A stretch of DNA of 64,000 nt, taken from positions 1-64,000 of the forward strand of contig JBPOGF010000003.1 in NCBI GenBank assembly GCA_051251915.1, written 5' to 3'. Within the stretch, counting starts at the first letter, position 1, and every line of letters starts with the position of its first letter. Below the pieces are notes generated by a model, which had not been told where the DNA came from, did no database searches, and saw nothing but the letters and a program-made list of their open reading frames with translations. Shown piece by piece: positions 5,748 to 15,457 of this stretch. The position numbers and the translations under genes were made by a program. The stretch comes from Akkermansiaceae bacterium (lineage in GTDB: Bacteria > Verrucomicrobiota > Verrucomicrobiia > Verrucomicrobiales > Akkermansiaceae).

Positions 5748-8213
5748 CTATTCCACTGGAATGGCTTTCGGTGGCTTAGGCTCATCTGCTGGATCCGCAG
5801 GGGGAGTCTCTAGAGGATCGAGTTCTATCGGGAGGTCACGAAGTGGTGGAGCGTCTGGGTCCTGAGGATTATCTGGTTCAATAGGTTGCTCAGGTTCTTG
5901 TGGTAAGTTGGGATCATCATCTTCTACTGGGATGGCTCTGGCTGGGGCCGGCTCACTAGGGATAGCAGGTTCAGCAGGTTCCATAGGGTTGCTTGGGTCA
6001 AGCGGTGCTTCTGGATCGATTGGTTCTACTGCTGGCATCTCTACTGGGTCGTCTTCTACGATGAGTGCTCTTGGAGCTTCGAGTGGGAGTTCCTTAGGGA
6101 TCTCGCCATCTGGCTCTTCTATTTCATCCACGAGAACCGCTTTGCCAGGTACTTTGGGAGCAGCATCTAAAGCAGTGACCTCGTCATCAGGAATGATGAG
6201 TGCTTTCTGGGAAAGTTGGTGTCTGACGACGGCCTCGTCTTCGAGTGGATTGAAGAATGCAGGAACCATTGGTCCCGCCATTTTACCACCACTGACTTTT
6301 TCATGAGGTGCTCCCTCGTAGAGAACTGCGAAGGCGTACTTTGGCTGGTCGAGTGGGAAAAATCCGGCGAACCAGGCGAGTCTTTGTTCTTTACTGGCTG
6401 GTCCCCACTGGGCGGTCCCGGTCTTACCACAAAGTACAGAGTAGGAAAGTGCGGCGCGTTTACCTGTGCCATTGGCAGCGTTGACCACTTTATACATTCC
6501 TTCTTGAATAATGCCGACTGTCTTGGCACTGATCTTGATTTTATTTCTATCAGTAGGCTTGCTTGCCATGGTGATGACACCCTTGGCATTTTGGAGCTGC
6601 TTGATGAGGTGAAGTTTTGGTAGGACTCCGCCGTTAGCGACTCCTGCCATACTTTGAGCTACTTGGAGTGGTGTGGCGAGGATGGCACCTTGGCCGATCG
6701 AGGCATTGGCGATGTCACCTTGCTTGACTCCTCTGCCGAATCTGCGTTGGGCGTATTCTTCAGTGAGGATACTTCCTGGGCTTTCACCTTCTAGTGGTAG
6801 ACCAGTTCTTGTTCCGTAGCCGAGTCTGCTAGCTAGGTTCATGAATTCTCCGGATTTTCTTCTTTCAGTAGCTAGTGCTGCCTGGATGAAGAACGGGTTG
6901 TTAGAAAGTGTTGTGGCTTGGACGATGTTCATCCTTCCTCGGTGGCGTCTGGACCAATCATACATTTTGATGTTACCGAGCTGGATATATGCGGGACATT
7001 CCAGAGTGCTGTGTTGAGTGACTGCACCATTTTCTAGTGCCGCCATACCTGTGACCACTTTGAACGCAGATGCTGGTGGGTATTCTCCTTGAAATGCTCT
7101 GGCGTAAAGTGGTTTTCCTGGGTCATTGAGGAGCATGTCTAGATCCTCTTGCTTGAGGTAAGGGACCCTTAAATTAAGATCATATGATGGACGGGATGCA
7201 AGGACGAGTACTTCGCCGGTCTCGATGTCAATGACCACGAATGCGCCGCGTTTACAATGAGTAGCTAGCACTCTTTCTGCTCGCTGCTGCCATTCCATAT
7301 CGATGGTAGTGACCACTGTTCCACCTGGTTCTGGTGGGATGTCCTCGCGGCGAACTTCTTTTCCCTGACTATTATACTGGAGTTTACGTTTACCGTTTTT
7401 GCCAGTCAGTTCTTCGTTAAATAATTTCTCAAGTCCGCCTCGACCTTTCATTTCCCAGAAGAGGGGATCACCGTAGTTGATGGGCCCTACTTCGAGGTTT
7501 CTGCTCTTGGAGCCGACGTATCCGATGATGTGTGCGGCGCTAGATTTCTGTGGGTAGAGGCGCTGGTAGATGGGGTGTAGAATGAGTCCATCCATTAGCT
7601 GAGCTTCTATTTTCTCGCGAGACGAGTTATTCACCACATGCTTAAATGGCATGGGCAACCAGCGTCTGTGCTTGTAGTGCTCAAGAATTTCCTCGTCGGA
7701 GGCAGTGATTTCAATCCCAAAAACTTCATCTGCTTTAGCCAGTCTCTCGCGGGTCCATTTCAGGATATACGCATCTGATTCATCCTCGAACTGCTTCATC
7801 TGGATGGCAGGGTACCAGACCACGTTATTCTGAGCAAAAGGATAGCCAAACCTATCTGTGATCTGCCCACGTGGTGCAGGGATGGATAGGGTCATGGTGC
7901 GCGCGTCCTTACGGGTGCGATTGCTAGCCTGGTTTGCGTCTAGCATATCGCCATCGCTGATCTCAGCGTTAGCGGCTGCGTCAATTTTGGTCTCGATCGT
8001 AGCTTCGCTGTCCGTCTCCACATTCACCGTGGTAGCTACTGGGGTCAGATCTTGGGAAGGGGTGATAGTCTGAGCCATGGTCAGCACACCAGCACACAGA
8101 ATAGGCATCGCTAGGAGGGCGGCACTTTTACTATGAACGGATGGGAAAAACGTGGCTGAACGTTTTTCCGCATTTTTTTGTTCTTCAGTTGGGTGTTGCG
8201 GTGGTCTTTGCAT
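5748..8213 (-). CDS. mrdA: Class B penicillin-binding protein 2 with a Pro/Glu-rich C-terminal tail
   Basis: PAPRGQITDR, YPPASAFK (SxxK), SNN (SxN) and GKTGTAQ. Confidence 0.88.
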   Translation of the reverse strand: MQRPPQHPTEEQKNAEKRSATFFPSVHSKSAALLAMPILCAGVLTMAQTITPSQDLTPVATTVNVETDSEATIETKIDAAANAEISDGDMLDANQASNRTRKDARTMTLSIPAPRGQITDRFGYPFAQNNVVWYPAIQMKQFEDESDAYILKWTRERLAKADEVFGIEITASDEEILEHYKHRRWLPMPFKHVVNNSSREKIEAQLMDGLILHPIYQRLYPQKSSAAHIIGYVGSKSRNLEVGPINYGDPLFWEMKGRGGLEKLFNEELTGKNGKRKLQYNSQGKEVRREDIPPEPGGTVVTTIDMEWQQRAERVLATHCKRGAFVVIDIETGEVLVLASRPSYDLNLRVPYLKQEDLDMLLNDPGKPLYARAFQGEYPPASAFKVVTGMAALENGAVTQHSTLECPAYIQLGNIKMYDWSRRHRGRMNIVQATTLSNNPFFIQAALATERRKSGEFMNLASRLGYGTRTGLPLEGESPGSILTEEYAQRRFGRGVKQGDIANASIGQGAILATPLQVAQSMAGVANGGVLPKLHLIKQLQNAKGVITMASKPTDRNKIKISAKTVGIIQEGMYKVVNAANGTGKRAALSYSVLCGKTGTAQWGPASKEQRLAWFAGFFPLDQPKYAFAVLYEGAPHEKVSGGKMAGPMVPAFFNPLEDEAVVRHQLSQKALIIPDDEVTALDAAPKVPGKAVLVDEIEEPDGEIPKELPLEAPRALIVEDDPVEMPAVEPIDPEAPLDPSNPMEPAEPAIPSEPAPARAIPVEDDDPNLPQEPEQPIEPDNPQDPDAPPLRDLPIELDPLETPPADPADEPKPPKAIPVE

Positions 8214-8326
8214 GGCTAATTTCTTTACAAACCTTATTCAGATACGCGCAATGTAAAAGGAATATTTCTATAAGTCGATAGAAACTAGAGAGAGCTTGGG
8301 TCTGGGAAACCTTGATGCGAGCTGAT

Positions 8327-9097
8327 TCAGGTATCAAATTTCAGTCTCACGTATCGGAAAATTTTGCGTAGCATCCATAGCAATAGTAAGATCGCCAAAC
8401 CTACTAGTAACCAAACCCACCAAGGAATAGGGATGGGGAGAGTGGCTTGCATGATGAACGGGGTGCTGACGTGGTGCTTCAGTGGCATGACCCAGGTGAG
8501 GGTTTTACCGTTGTTTGAGGTGGTGGTGGCATTGTGATGGGCTGCTGCTCTTGGTGAGGTGAGGCTGTATCTGAATTGATAGTTTCCGAGGAGGAGTGGA
8601 TTCAGGGTAGGTAGTCCATTTTCTAGTAGCTCACCTAGCACAATAGCGCGGTTGAATATTATATTCGTGCCTTCCACACCGATCGAAATTTCACCAATGA
8701 TGGCTTTGAGCTTAGCGAACAGCTCTAGATCTAAACTGTCGTCACGCTCAAACATGATGGTTTCTGCTTCCATTATTTCTTGGAGCTTGAGGGCATCTGA
8801 GCTGTGGATTTCAGCAATGAGTCTAACGGTGGAATTTCCGGAGGGCTCGCAGCTGAGTTCATTCACAGAAATACTCTCATGTCTGAAGGCGAAAGCTTGG
8901 ATATATTCTACCAGCAGTCTGCCGTCTTCTAAGCTGAGGCCAAGCTCGGGTATCTGGTAATTAACCCGCATGGTTAAGGCTCCATTGTCATGGATTTCTA
9001 TCTCCTCTTCGCCATCTATTTTGCAACCTACGAGGATGAATAACATGCATAGTAGAGATCCTATCCCTAGTAGCTTTTTAGCAGAACGCTCTAACAT
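8327..9097 (-). CDS. Lipoprotein with a C-terminal TM anchor (LppM-like)
   Basis: Lipobox ILVGC, NATTTSNNGKTLTW motif and a C-terminal hydrophobic helix followed by basic residues. Confidence 0.6.
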   Translation of the reverse strand: MLERSAKKLLGIGSLLCMLFILVGCKIDGEEEIEIHDNGALTMRVNYQIPELGLSLEDGRLLVEYIQAFAFRHESISVNELSCEPSGNSTVRLIAEIHSSDALKLQEIMEAETIMFERDDSLDLELFAKLKAIIGEISIGVEGTNIIFNRAIVLGELLENGLPTLNPLLLGNYQFRYSLTSPRAAAHHNATTTSNNGKTLTWVMPLKHHVSTPFIMQATLPIPIPWWVWLLVGLAILLLLWMLRKIFRYVRLKFDT

Positions 9098-9255
9098 ACC
9101 TGCAATCTACACACTAATACGGCATGTGGAAACTCTATATTAAACCTCTGAGAAATACCGCCTTATGCTGACTTATCCCTTGACCTAGGTGGCTCTAACC
9201 GCTGTTATCGATATGGCAACTTAATGCCTAAATTATCCACCATCCACAAATTATT

Positions 9256-11562
9256 ATGAGAAAATCATTATCCATCGTCTCATCTCTAGCCCTTACATTT
9301 CTCGTGCTTTTCACAGGCTCGCAAAATGCATCAGCACAAGATGACTTAGAAGGGAAAAACATCAGCTCTGTTACCGTTAAATACCGCGGACCAGAGACAG
9401 TCACTAGGCAGAGAATCCTAGATAATATGTCATCAAAAGCTGGGCAAAAATACACCACAGAAAAAATTGATGAGGACATCAGAAACCTCGTAGCGAAAGG
9501 CTTAGTAGAGGACGTGGATATCTTAGCTGATCCTCGTGGAGGCTCCGTGAGACTCATCGTAGAAGTTGAAACCAAGTCTAACATCGTAGGAGTAGGCTTC
9601 CGCAACAATACCATTTTCAGAAGCAAAGAACTCCTTAAGGATCTCGACTTCAAACCAGGTGTGCCACTCACTGATGGACTCATTCTCGAAGGGAAAAATA
9701 AGATTCTCAAAAAATACAATGCCTTCGGATTTCCAGACGTTGTCGTAGGCTATGTCATTCAGCCAACCAACCGTCCTGGCTACTCAGATCTTATCTACAC
9801 GATCGCTGAGGGACAGAAAAGCATCGTCCGTAAGATAAAATTTGCAGGAAATAACAGCATCGCTAGTCACACATTGAGAAACCTCATGAAGACGAAGCAG
9901 AAGGGAATTTTCTCCTTCATCACTAAGTCTGGTAACATTGATCTAGACAAACTCGAAGATGACCGCGAGCTCGTGCTAGAGCATTACCGCAACAAAGGAT
10001 TCCTCAAGGTTTCCTCACCGGGCTTCTCTCGTGTTCCAGTGAAAGATGGCCGCGTGGATCTTGTTCTCAACATCAATGAAGGTTCTAAATACAAGGTGAA
10101 TCAAGTTGCCTTTGGGCCAATGAAAATCTTCAAACCTGCCGACCTCGCACCTGCACTTACACTCACTGCTGGTAAAGAATACTCAGCTGAGAAGATCAGA
10201 GAAGACGTTAAGACCATCCGTGCATACTACGGATCTAAAGGCTATGCTGATGCAAGTGTCAGACCAGAAATAAAGCCAGCTGGTGGCACTAACGTGAATG
10301 TCATTTACCGCGTCGTGGAGGGAAGCTTCTTCCGTGTGGGTAAGGTTACTATCGAAGGAAATAACATCACTCGTGACCGTGTCATCCGCCGTGAGATCCC
10401 ACTCAAACCAGGCGACAACTTCAACACAGTAGACATCGAGACTACAAGACAGCGTTTGAAAAACCTCGACTACTTCAGCCAAGTCATCGTGGCACCTTCT
10501 GGGAACCCACAGGCTGGATACAGAGACATCAATGTGAATGTGGCTGAGAAGAAAACGGGTCAACTTCAGTTCGGTATCGGTTTCAGTTCTATCGATAACA
10601 TTGTTGGTTACGCTAACTTAGAGCAGACTAACTTCGACATCAAAAACCCAATGGCATTTACTGGTGGTGGACAGCGATTCGGGATGGAGCTTAGAATGGG
10701 TTCTGAAACCCAGAACTTCAAGATCTCACTCGTGGAGCCATGGTTCCTCGGTAAGCGTCTCTCACTGGGTGGAGAACTCTACTATAAAGGTTCACAATAC
10801 TACAGTGACTTCTACGATCAGCTCAATGCAGGTGCAGCCATTTATATCCGTAAGCCACTCGGCAAGCGCTCATACATCAGAGGTGAATACCGCCTAGAGA
10901 AAGTAGAAATCGATGTGGACAGCGACACACCAGCAGACTCACTCTTCATTGCAGAAGATGGTGACTTTGTCCGTAGCACACTTGGACTAAACTACGTTTA
11001 TGATAGCCGTGATGCACTCAGCACACCTCGCAGTGGTCACAAACTTGATCTCGGCATCTACTACTCAGGTCTCGGTGGTGATGTAAATACTTACGGCCTC
11101 ACCGCTCAAGGTGCAAAACACTGGAACCTCTGGTGGGACTCTATCCTTACTATCGAAGGTGCGGTCAACGTGGCTGACGGTAGCGACGATGTGCCAATCT
11201 TCGAGCGTCAGTTCCTAGGTGGTGCTCGTAACCTCAGAGGTTATGAATTCCGCGATGTGGGACCACGTGATGCTGCTACAGGTGAAGTCATCGGTGGTAA
11301 TACATCAGCTTACATGTCAGCAGAGATGACCTTCCCGATCGTAGAGAAAGTCAGATTTGCAACCTTCTTTGACGCAGGATTCGTGAACGAAGAGAGCTTC
11401 GATTTCAGCACGAGCGACATCCACACTGACATCGGTCTTGGACTCAGACTCAATCTACCATTTGGCCCACTCGCTATCGACTACGCCATCCCACTTAGTG
11501 CTAAGGATGACGAAGCTGACAAAGGTGGACAGTTCAACTTCTACATCAACTACGAGTTTTAA
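9256..11562 (+). CDS. bamA: Outer membrane protein assembly factor BamA
   Basis: Signal peptide, POTRA repeats (GNNITRDRVIRRE), LRGY loop and terminal F. Confidence 0.95.
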   Translation: MRKSLSIVSSLALTFLVLFTGSQNASAQDDLEGKNISSVTVKYRGPETVTRQRILDNMSSKAGQKYTTEKIDEDIRNLVAKGLVEDVDILADPRGGSVRLIVEVETKSNIVGVGFRNNTIFRSKELLKDLDFKPGVPLTDGLILEGKNKILKKYNAFGFPDVVVGYVIQPTNRPGYSDLIYTIAEGQKSIVRKIKFAGNNSIASHTLRNLMKTKQKGIFSFITKSGNIDLDKLEDDRELVLEHYRNKGFLKVSSPGFSRVPVKDGRVDLVLNINEGSKYKVNQVAFGPMKIFKPADLAPALTLTAGKEYSAEKIREDVKTIRAYYGSKGYADASVRPEIKPAGGTNVNVIYRVVEGSFFRVGKVTIEGNNITRDRVIRREIPLKPGDNFNTVDIETTRQRLKNLDYFSQVIVAPSGNPQAGYRDINVNVAEKKTGQLQFGIGFSSIDNIVGYANLEQTNFDIKNPMAFTGGGQRFGMELRMGSETQNFKISLVEPWFLGKRLSLGGELYYKGSQYYSDFYDQLNAGAAIYIRKPLGKRSYIRGEYRLEKVEIDVDSDTPADSLFIAEDGDFVRSTLGLNYVYDSRDALSTPRSGHKLDLGIYYSGLGGDVNTYGLTAQGAKHWNLWWDSILTIEGAVNVADGSDDVPIFERQFLGGARNLRGYEFRDVGPRDAATGEVIGGNTSAYMSAEMTFPIVEKVRFATFFDAGFVNEESFDFSTSDIHTDIGLGLRLNLPFGPLAIDYAIPLSAKDDEADKGGQFNFYINYEF

Positions 11563-11600
11563 GAACTACTCAGCTAGTTAAAAACTAATTTTCAAACCAA

Positions 11601-11631
11601 GCCCTGTTAGATTTTCTAACAGGGTTTTTTT
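11601..11631 (+). terminator. Rho-independent terminator of bamA
   Basis: CCCTGTTAGA-ttt-TCTAACAGGG followed by a T-run. Confidence 0.85.
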
Positions 11632-11647
11632 CTGCTAATTTTCTAGG

Positions 11648-12103
11648 ATGACTTCAGATGCTAGATCTCCAGACGAGTACATTTCGAAGCTTCCTGACGG
11701 ACGCCGTGAGCCGATGAAAATGCTCCGCAAGATCATCCGCGAAAACTTACCTCTAGGGTTTCAGGAAACCATGAGTTACGGCATGATAGGCTTTGTGGTG
11801 CCGTTATCCACTTACCCAGCTGGCTATCATTGCACGCCGGATACACCGTTACCATTTATCAATATAGCTTCACAGAAAAACCACATCGCTCTCTACCACT
11901 CTGGTATCTATTCCTGTGACGAGTTGCATGATTGGTTTGTAAGTGAGTATCCGAGGCATGTGAAAACCAAACTCGATATGGGGAAATCCTGTATTAGATT
12001 TAAAAACTCTAAGAACATTCCCTACGATCTCATCGCCGAATTAGCTCAAAAAATAGATCTCAAAACGTGGATCAAAATCTATGAAGATGGGATTCAAAAG
12101 TAG
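11648..12103 (+). CDS. DUF1801 (YdhG-like) protein
   Basis: ETMSYGMIGF, ASQKNHIALY and LDMGKSCIRFK. Confidence 0.85.
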   Translation: MTSDARSPDEYISKLPDGRREPMKMLRKIIRENLPLGFQETMSYGMIGFVVPLSTYPAGYHCTPDTPLPFINIASQKNHIALYHSGIYSCDELHDWFVSEYPRHVKTKLDMGKSCIRFKNSKNIPYDLIAELAQKIDLKTWIKIYEDGIQK

Positions 12104-12125
12104 CTTAAACTATCTCAAAACCCTC

Positions 12126-12360
12126 TGTGAACAACTGCGCACAAGTGCATCTGACGTTGTGAACAAGCTGTGGATTGGGAATAATAGTGAATATCCTTCT
12201 TGCTCGAAAGTGACTTTACACCGAGCCACCAAGACTTTTTCCCCACGCTATACACATGGTGGAACACCTAGTCTGATACTGAGGAACGCCGATATTTGCG
12301 ACTTGTTCACACGCTTAAGAAGAAGATATGTTTTCTATTTTTAAAAAGATTTTTAGTAAC
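12126..12360. promoter_or_regulatory. Cluster of DnaA-box-like 9-mers plus an AT-rich tract: candidate oriC
   Basis: TGTGAACAA at 12126 and 12158, TGCGCACAA 12136, TGTGGATTG 12169, TGGGAATAA 12176, TTCCCCACG 12239, CTATACACA 12248 and TTGTTCACA 12303. These are followed by TTAAGAAGAAGAT and an AT-rich run. Confidence 0.55.
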
Positions 12361-12465
12361 CATGTGAGTAAGTAACCTTATGTTAGAGCAAGCAGAGTCG
12401 TTTCTTGCTAAAGATTTTTTCCATGGAATAGTAAACTTGAGACACTCAACTCAATTACAATCATT

Positions 12466-13086
12466 ATGAAAACCAATAAACCTATGAAACCAATAATCAC
12501 ACTCATGAAATGGTCCTCATGTCTTCTACTCACTAGCAGCACACTCAGTGCTCAGGATACTATCGAGGAACGCAATGAACGGGCAAAACAAGTGGAACTC
12601 TTTTACAACATGGCAGAGAAAGCTTATCAGGATGGAGATGTGGATGCAGCTAGGGAATCCCTCCGGTCAGCACTCGCTTTAAATGGCCGTCACGCGCACT
12701 CTATCGCTCTTGCACGTAGAATGCAGACTAGTGGCAACCAGACCGTGTTAGCACGCCGTAAGCGCATCTTCAGCAGCGTTATGGTGCCACTGATAGATCT
12801 CAATGAAGCGAATGTGAAAGATGCGGTCAATGTCCTCGCTAAAATCGTGGAAACTGAGTCCAAGGGCAAGGTGATCCCTAACTTCGTGATTCAAGATAAG
12901 AACAATGTTCTCGAGGATTCTAAAATTAGCATCAAGCTTAAGAATGTTCCAGCGGGTGATGTTTTGGAACATTTGCTGAGGGCATCTGCTTCAACTGCGA
13001 GCTTTGGAAAATACACCACGATTATCCGTCCTAGAGAAAGAGCAGAAAAAGCTCCAAATGCTGTGGAGAGCAGTACTGAGGAATAG
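12466..13086 (+). CDS. Secreted hypothetical protein with a TPR-like helix pair and an STN/secretin-N-like domain
   Basis: Signal peptide, AEKAYQDGDVDAARESL and ISIKLKNVPAGDVLEHL. Confidence 0.6.
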   Translation: MKTNKPMKPIITLMKWSSCLLLTSSTLSAQDTIEERNERAKQVELFYNMAEKAYQDGDVDAARESLRSALALNGRHAHSIALARRMQTSGNQTVLARRKRIFSSVMVPLIDLNEANVKDAVNVLAKIVETESKGKVIPNFVIQDKNNVLEDSKISIKLKNVPAGDVLEHLLRASASTASFGKYTTIIRPRERAEKAPNAVESSTEE

Positions 13087-13090
13087 TGAA

Positions 13091-13303
13091 TTAACTAAAA
13101 TAGAGTGTGTCTATTATTCCCCAAGCGATGAAGCCTATTGCACCTATTACTTGAAGGCTAATGGCTAGCCAAAAGGTGTAGGGGCTTTCTTCTCTGCTAG
13201 AATCCCAGTCAAACTCGACCCAGAAGAGTATGTTAGCCTTGCCTTTACGGTAGTTCCAAATGGTGAGAGCCATGATGCACAGTCCAAATAGAATTTGTGC
13301 CAT
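13091..13303 (-). CDS. Small two-TM membrane protein
   Basis: Two hydrophobic segments around REESPYTFW. Confidence 0.55.
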   Translation of the reverse strand: MAQILFGLCIMALTIWNYRKGKANILFWVEFDWDSSREESPYTFWLAISLQVIGAIGFIAWGIIDTLYFS

Positions 13304-13425
13304 TTGCTTAGAGGTGCGCTTTTGTGGGATGCGTTGGAAGAGAGAAGGTAGATAGTGATTTAGCCATCGCAGTTTGCTTTGCGATCAAATCCTATCTTTT
13401 TGGCTTTAGCGATTTGGGCAGGTGA

Positions 13426-13962
13426 TTATCCTTCCTTGGCTGATTCAATCTGGATTGTTTTGTTGTCTTCATCTAGTTCTCTGTTTGAGAGAGATGGTGT
13501 GGCGCGGAAACCTGGAACAATTTTGTGGATCAGTTTCTTTAGGCCGCCTTCAGCTGCTTGGAGTTCGTCTTCAGCTTGGCGAAGTGATTTCTCCCATGCG
13601 GCTGCGAATCCTGGTGCTTGCTCGCGCATGGTACTGACTGCAGTCTCCATGATTTCTAGTTTGCGTTGCTCTACTTTACCTGGCTTTTGCTGGAGGGTCT
13701 GGATATTGACTCTGAGGGTTTCATTCTGCAGGCGCATTTCGTCTAGTTGGGCCTGTAGTGTTTCATTTCCTTTGGCATTGATTTTGAGTTGTGTGCCGAG
13801 GTGAGTTTGTAAATCTGTGTTTTCTTTAGTGACGCGAGTGATTTCGTTTTTAAGGTGCTTCTTGTCTTTTCTGGCAGAATTCCAAGATAGAAATAGGAGG
13901 ATGAGTCCCACAGCGAGTCCCCATGTGAATCGCTCTGAGATGATGTTTGTGAAGGTTTCCAT
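13426..13962 (-). CDS. Membrane-anchored coiled-coil hypothetical protein
   Basis: An N-terminal TM helix followed by a heptad-rich region. Confidence 0.7.
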   Translation of the reverse strand: METFTNIISERFTWGLAVGLILLFLSWNSARKDKKHLKNEITRVTKENTDLQTHLGTQLKINAKGNETLQAQLDEMRLQNETLRVNIQTLQQKPGKVEQRKLEIMETAVSTMREQAPGFAAAWEKSLRQAEDELQAAEGGLKKLIHKIVPGFRATPSLSNRELDEDNKTIQIESAKEG

Positions 13963-14039
13963 ATATTCATCTTAACTGTTTTTTCTGAAAAATCCATGTC
14001 AATGTTGCAATTTATGTTAGAATTTTCTAAATATATCGC

Positions 14040-15413
14040 ATGAATTCACTCTACGAGGACCTCTGCCAACTCATTTCCCCTGAAATAGTCACTATTGCTT
14101 CCGAAGTCATGACTGAGCATTCTATCGACCGATGGTATGCTAGTGGAATGCCAGATGTGGTGGTTCTCGCTCAGTGCACTGAGGACGTGGTAGCGGTGAT
14201 GCAATATGCTCATGAGCATGAGATCCCAGTTTACACGCGAGGGGCTGGTGTGGGCTATGTGGGTGGGTGTGTGCCGGTGAATGGTGGCATCGCTCTCTCT
14301 GTGGCCCAGATGACTGAGATCTTAGAGTTAAATCCAGCTGATGGCTGTGCGGTGGTCCAACCTGGTGTGATCACTGGTGATCTTCAAGATGCGGCGCGCG
14401 CAGTGGGCTGGTATTATCCGCCAGATCCGGCGTCATTGAAGGAATGTTCTTTGGGTGGAAATATTGCTACGAATGCTGGTGGGCCGCGTTGTCTCAAGTA
14501 TGGAGTGACTAAGCAGTATGTTCTGGGGCTTACGGTGGTGACTGCTACGGGTAAGGTTTTGAAGCTTGGGGGGAGGTGCCATAAGAATAAAACTGGGTTT
14601 GATTTATCGACGCTGATGTGTGGATCTGAGGGGATGCTGGGGATTATCACGGAGGCGACTTTGCGTATTATTCCACATCCAGAGACACGTGCGATGCTCG
14701 GTGCGTCATTTACGGATTTTGCTCAAGCTGCTGGTGCGGTTCAGGCGATTTTAGATAGTGGAGTCTTGCCTAGTGCTTTGGAGATTACTGATTCATTTAC
14801 CTTAGCTGCGGCGCGTGATTATCTTGGTGAAGAAAACTTACCTCCAGGGGATGCTTACTTGATGGTGGAGATCGATGGGCGGGTGGGATCTGTGGCTAGT
14901 GAGATTGCTTCATTGGAAGAATTTCTCAGAGGGCTTGGAGCACTTCGAGTTGACTTAGCAGCGGATGAATCTGAGTGTGAGAGAATCTGGCAGCTACGTA
15001 GGGATTTCTCATATTCGCTGAGACATACTGGGCTGACTAAGCTGAATGAGGACATTGTGGTTCCGCGTTCTAAGCTGATTGATTTGGTGAATTTTGCGAG
15101 TGAGCTACAGGCTGAGACGGGCATTCCTATTGCGTGTTTTGGTCATGCTGGTGATGGTAATATTCATACGAATCTGATGGTGGCGAACTATTCTGATCCA
15201 GAGATCAAAGAGACTGCAGACGCGGCTCTTGATAAGCTTTTCACTTGGGTGCTAGGTCAAGGCGGTGCTATTACTGGCGAGCATGGTGTGGGACTAGCTA
15301 AGAAACGCTGGATCAAGCAAGCTCTTGGAGAGGAGGTTTTCTTAGCGCATCAAGCTATTAAGAAATCTCTCGATCCCAAGGGCATTCTGAACCCTGGGAA
15401 GTTCTTGGATTAA
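14040..15413 (+). CDS. FAD-linked oxidase, GlcD/D-lactate dehydrogenase family
   Basis: YPPDPAS, GGNIATNAGG, GHAGDGNIH, GEHGVG and LNPGK. Confidence 0.9.
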   Translation: MNSLYEDLCQLISPEIVTIASEVMTEHSIDRWYASGMPDVVVLAQCTEDVVAVMQYAHEHEIPVYTRGAGVGYVGGCVPVNGGIALSVAQMTEILELNPADGCAVVQPGVITGDLQDAARAVGWYYPPDPASLKECSLGGNIATNAGGPRCLKYGVTKQYVLGLTVVTATGKVLKLGGRCHKNKTGFDLSTLMCGSEGMLGIITEATLRIIPHPETRAMLGASFTDFAQAAGAVQAILDSGVLPSALEITDSFTLAAARDYLGEENLPPGDAYLMVEIDGRVGSVASEIASLEEFLRGLGALRVDLAADESECERIWQLRRDFSYSLRHTGLTKLNEDIVVPRSKLIDLVNFASELQAETGIPIACFGHAGDGNIHTNLMVANYSDPEIKETADAALDKLFTWVLGQGGAITGEHGVGLAKKRWIKQALGEEVFLAHQAIKKSLDPKGILNPGKFLD

Positions 15414-15457
15414 GGGTTGTAGTTGCATTCCCTATCATCTTAGGCTAGATCACATCC

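Noticed and set aside
9233..9248. TTATCCACC/CCATCCACA upstream of bamA as DnaA boxes
   Set aside because: Imperfect, only two, and within the translation initiation region; insufficient support.
12081..12344. 87-aa ORF
   Set aside because: It coincides with the DnaA-box cluster and has no recognisable protein features.
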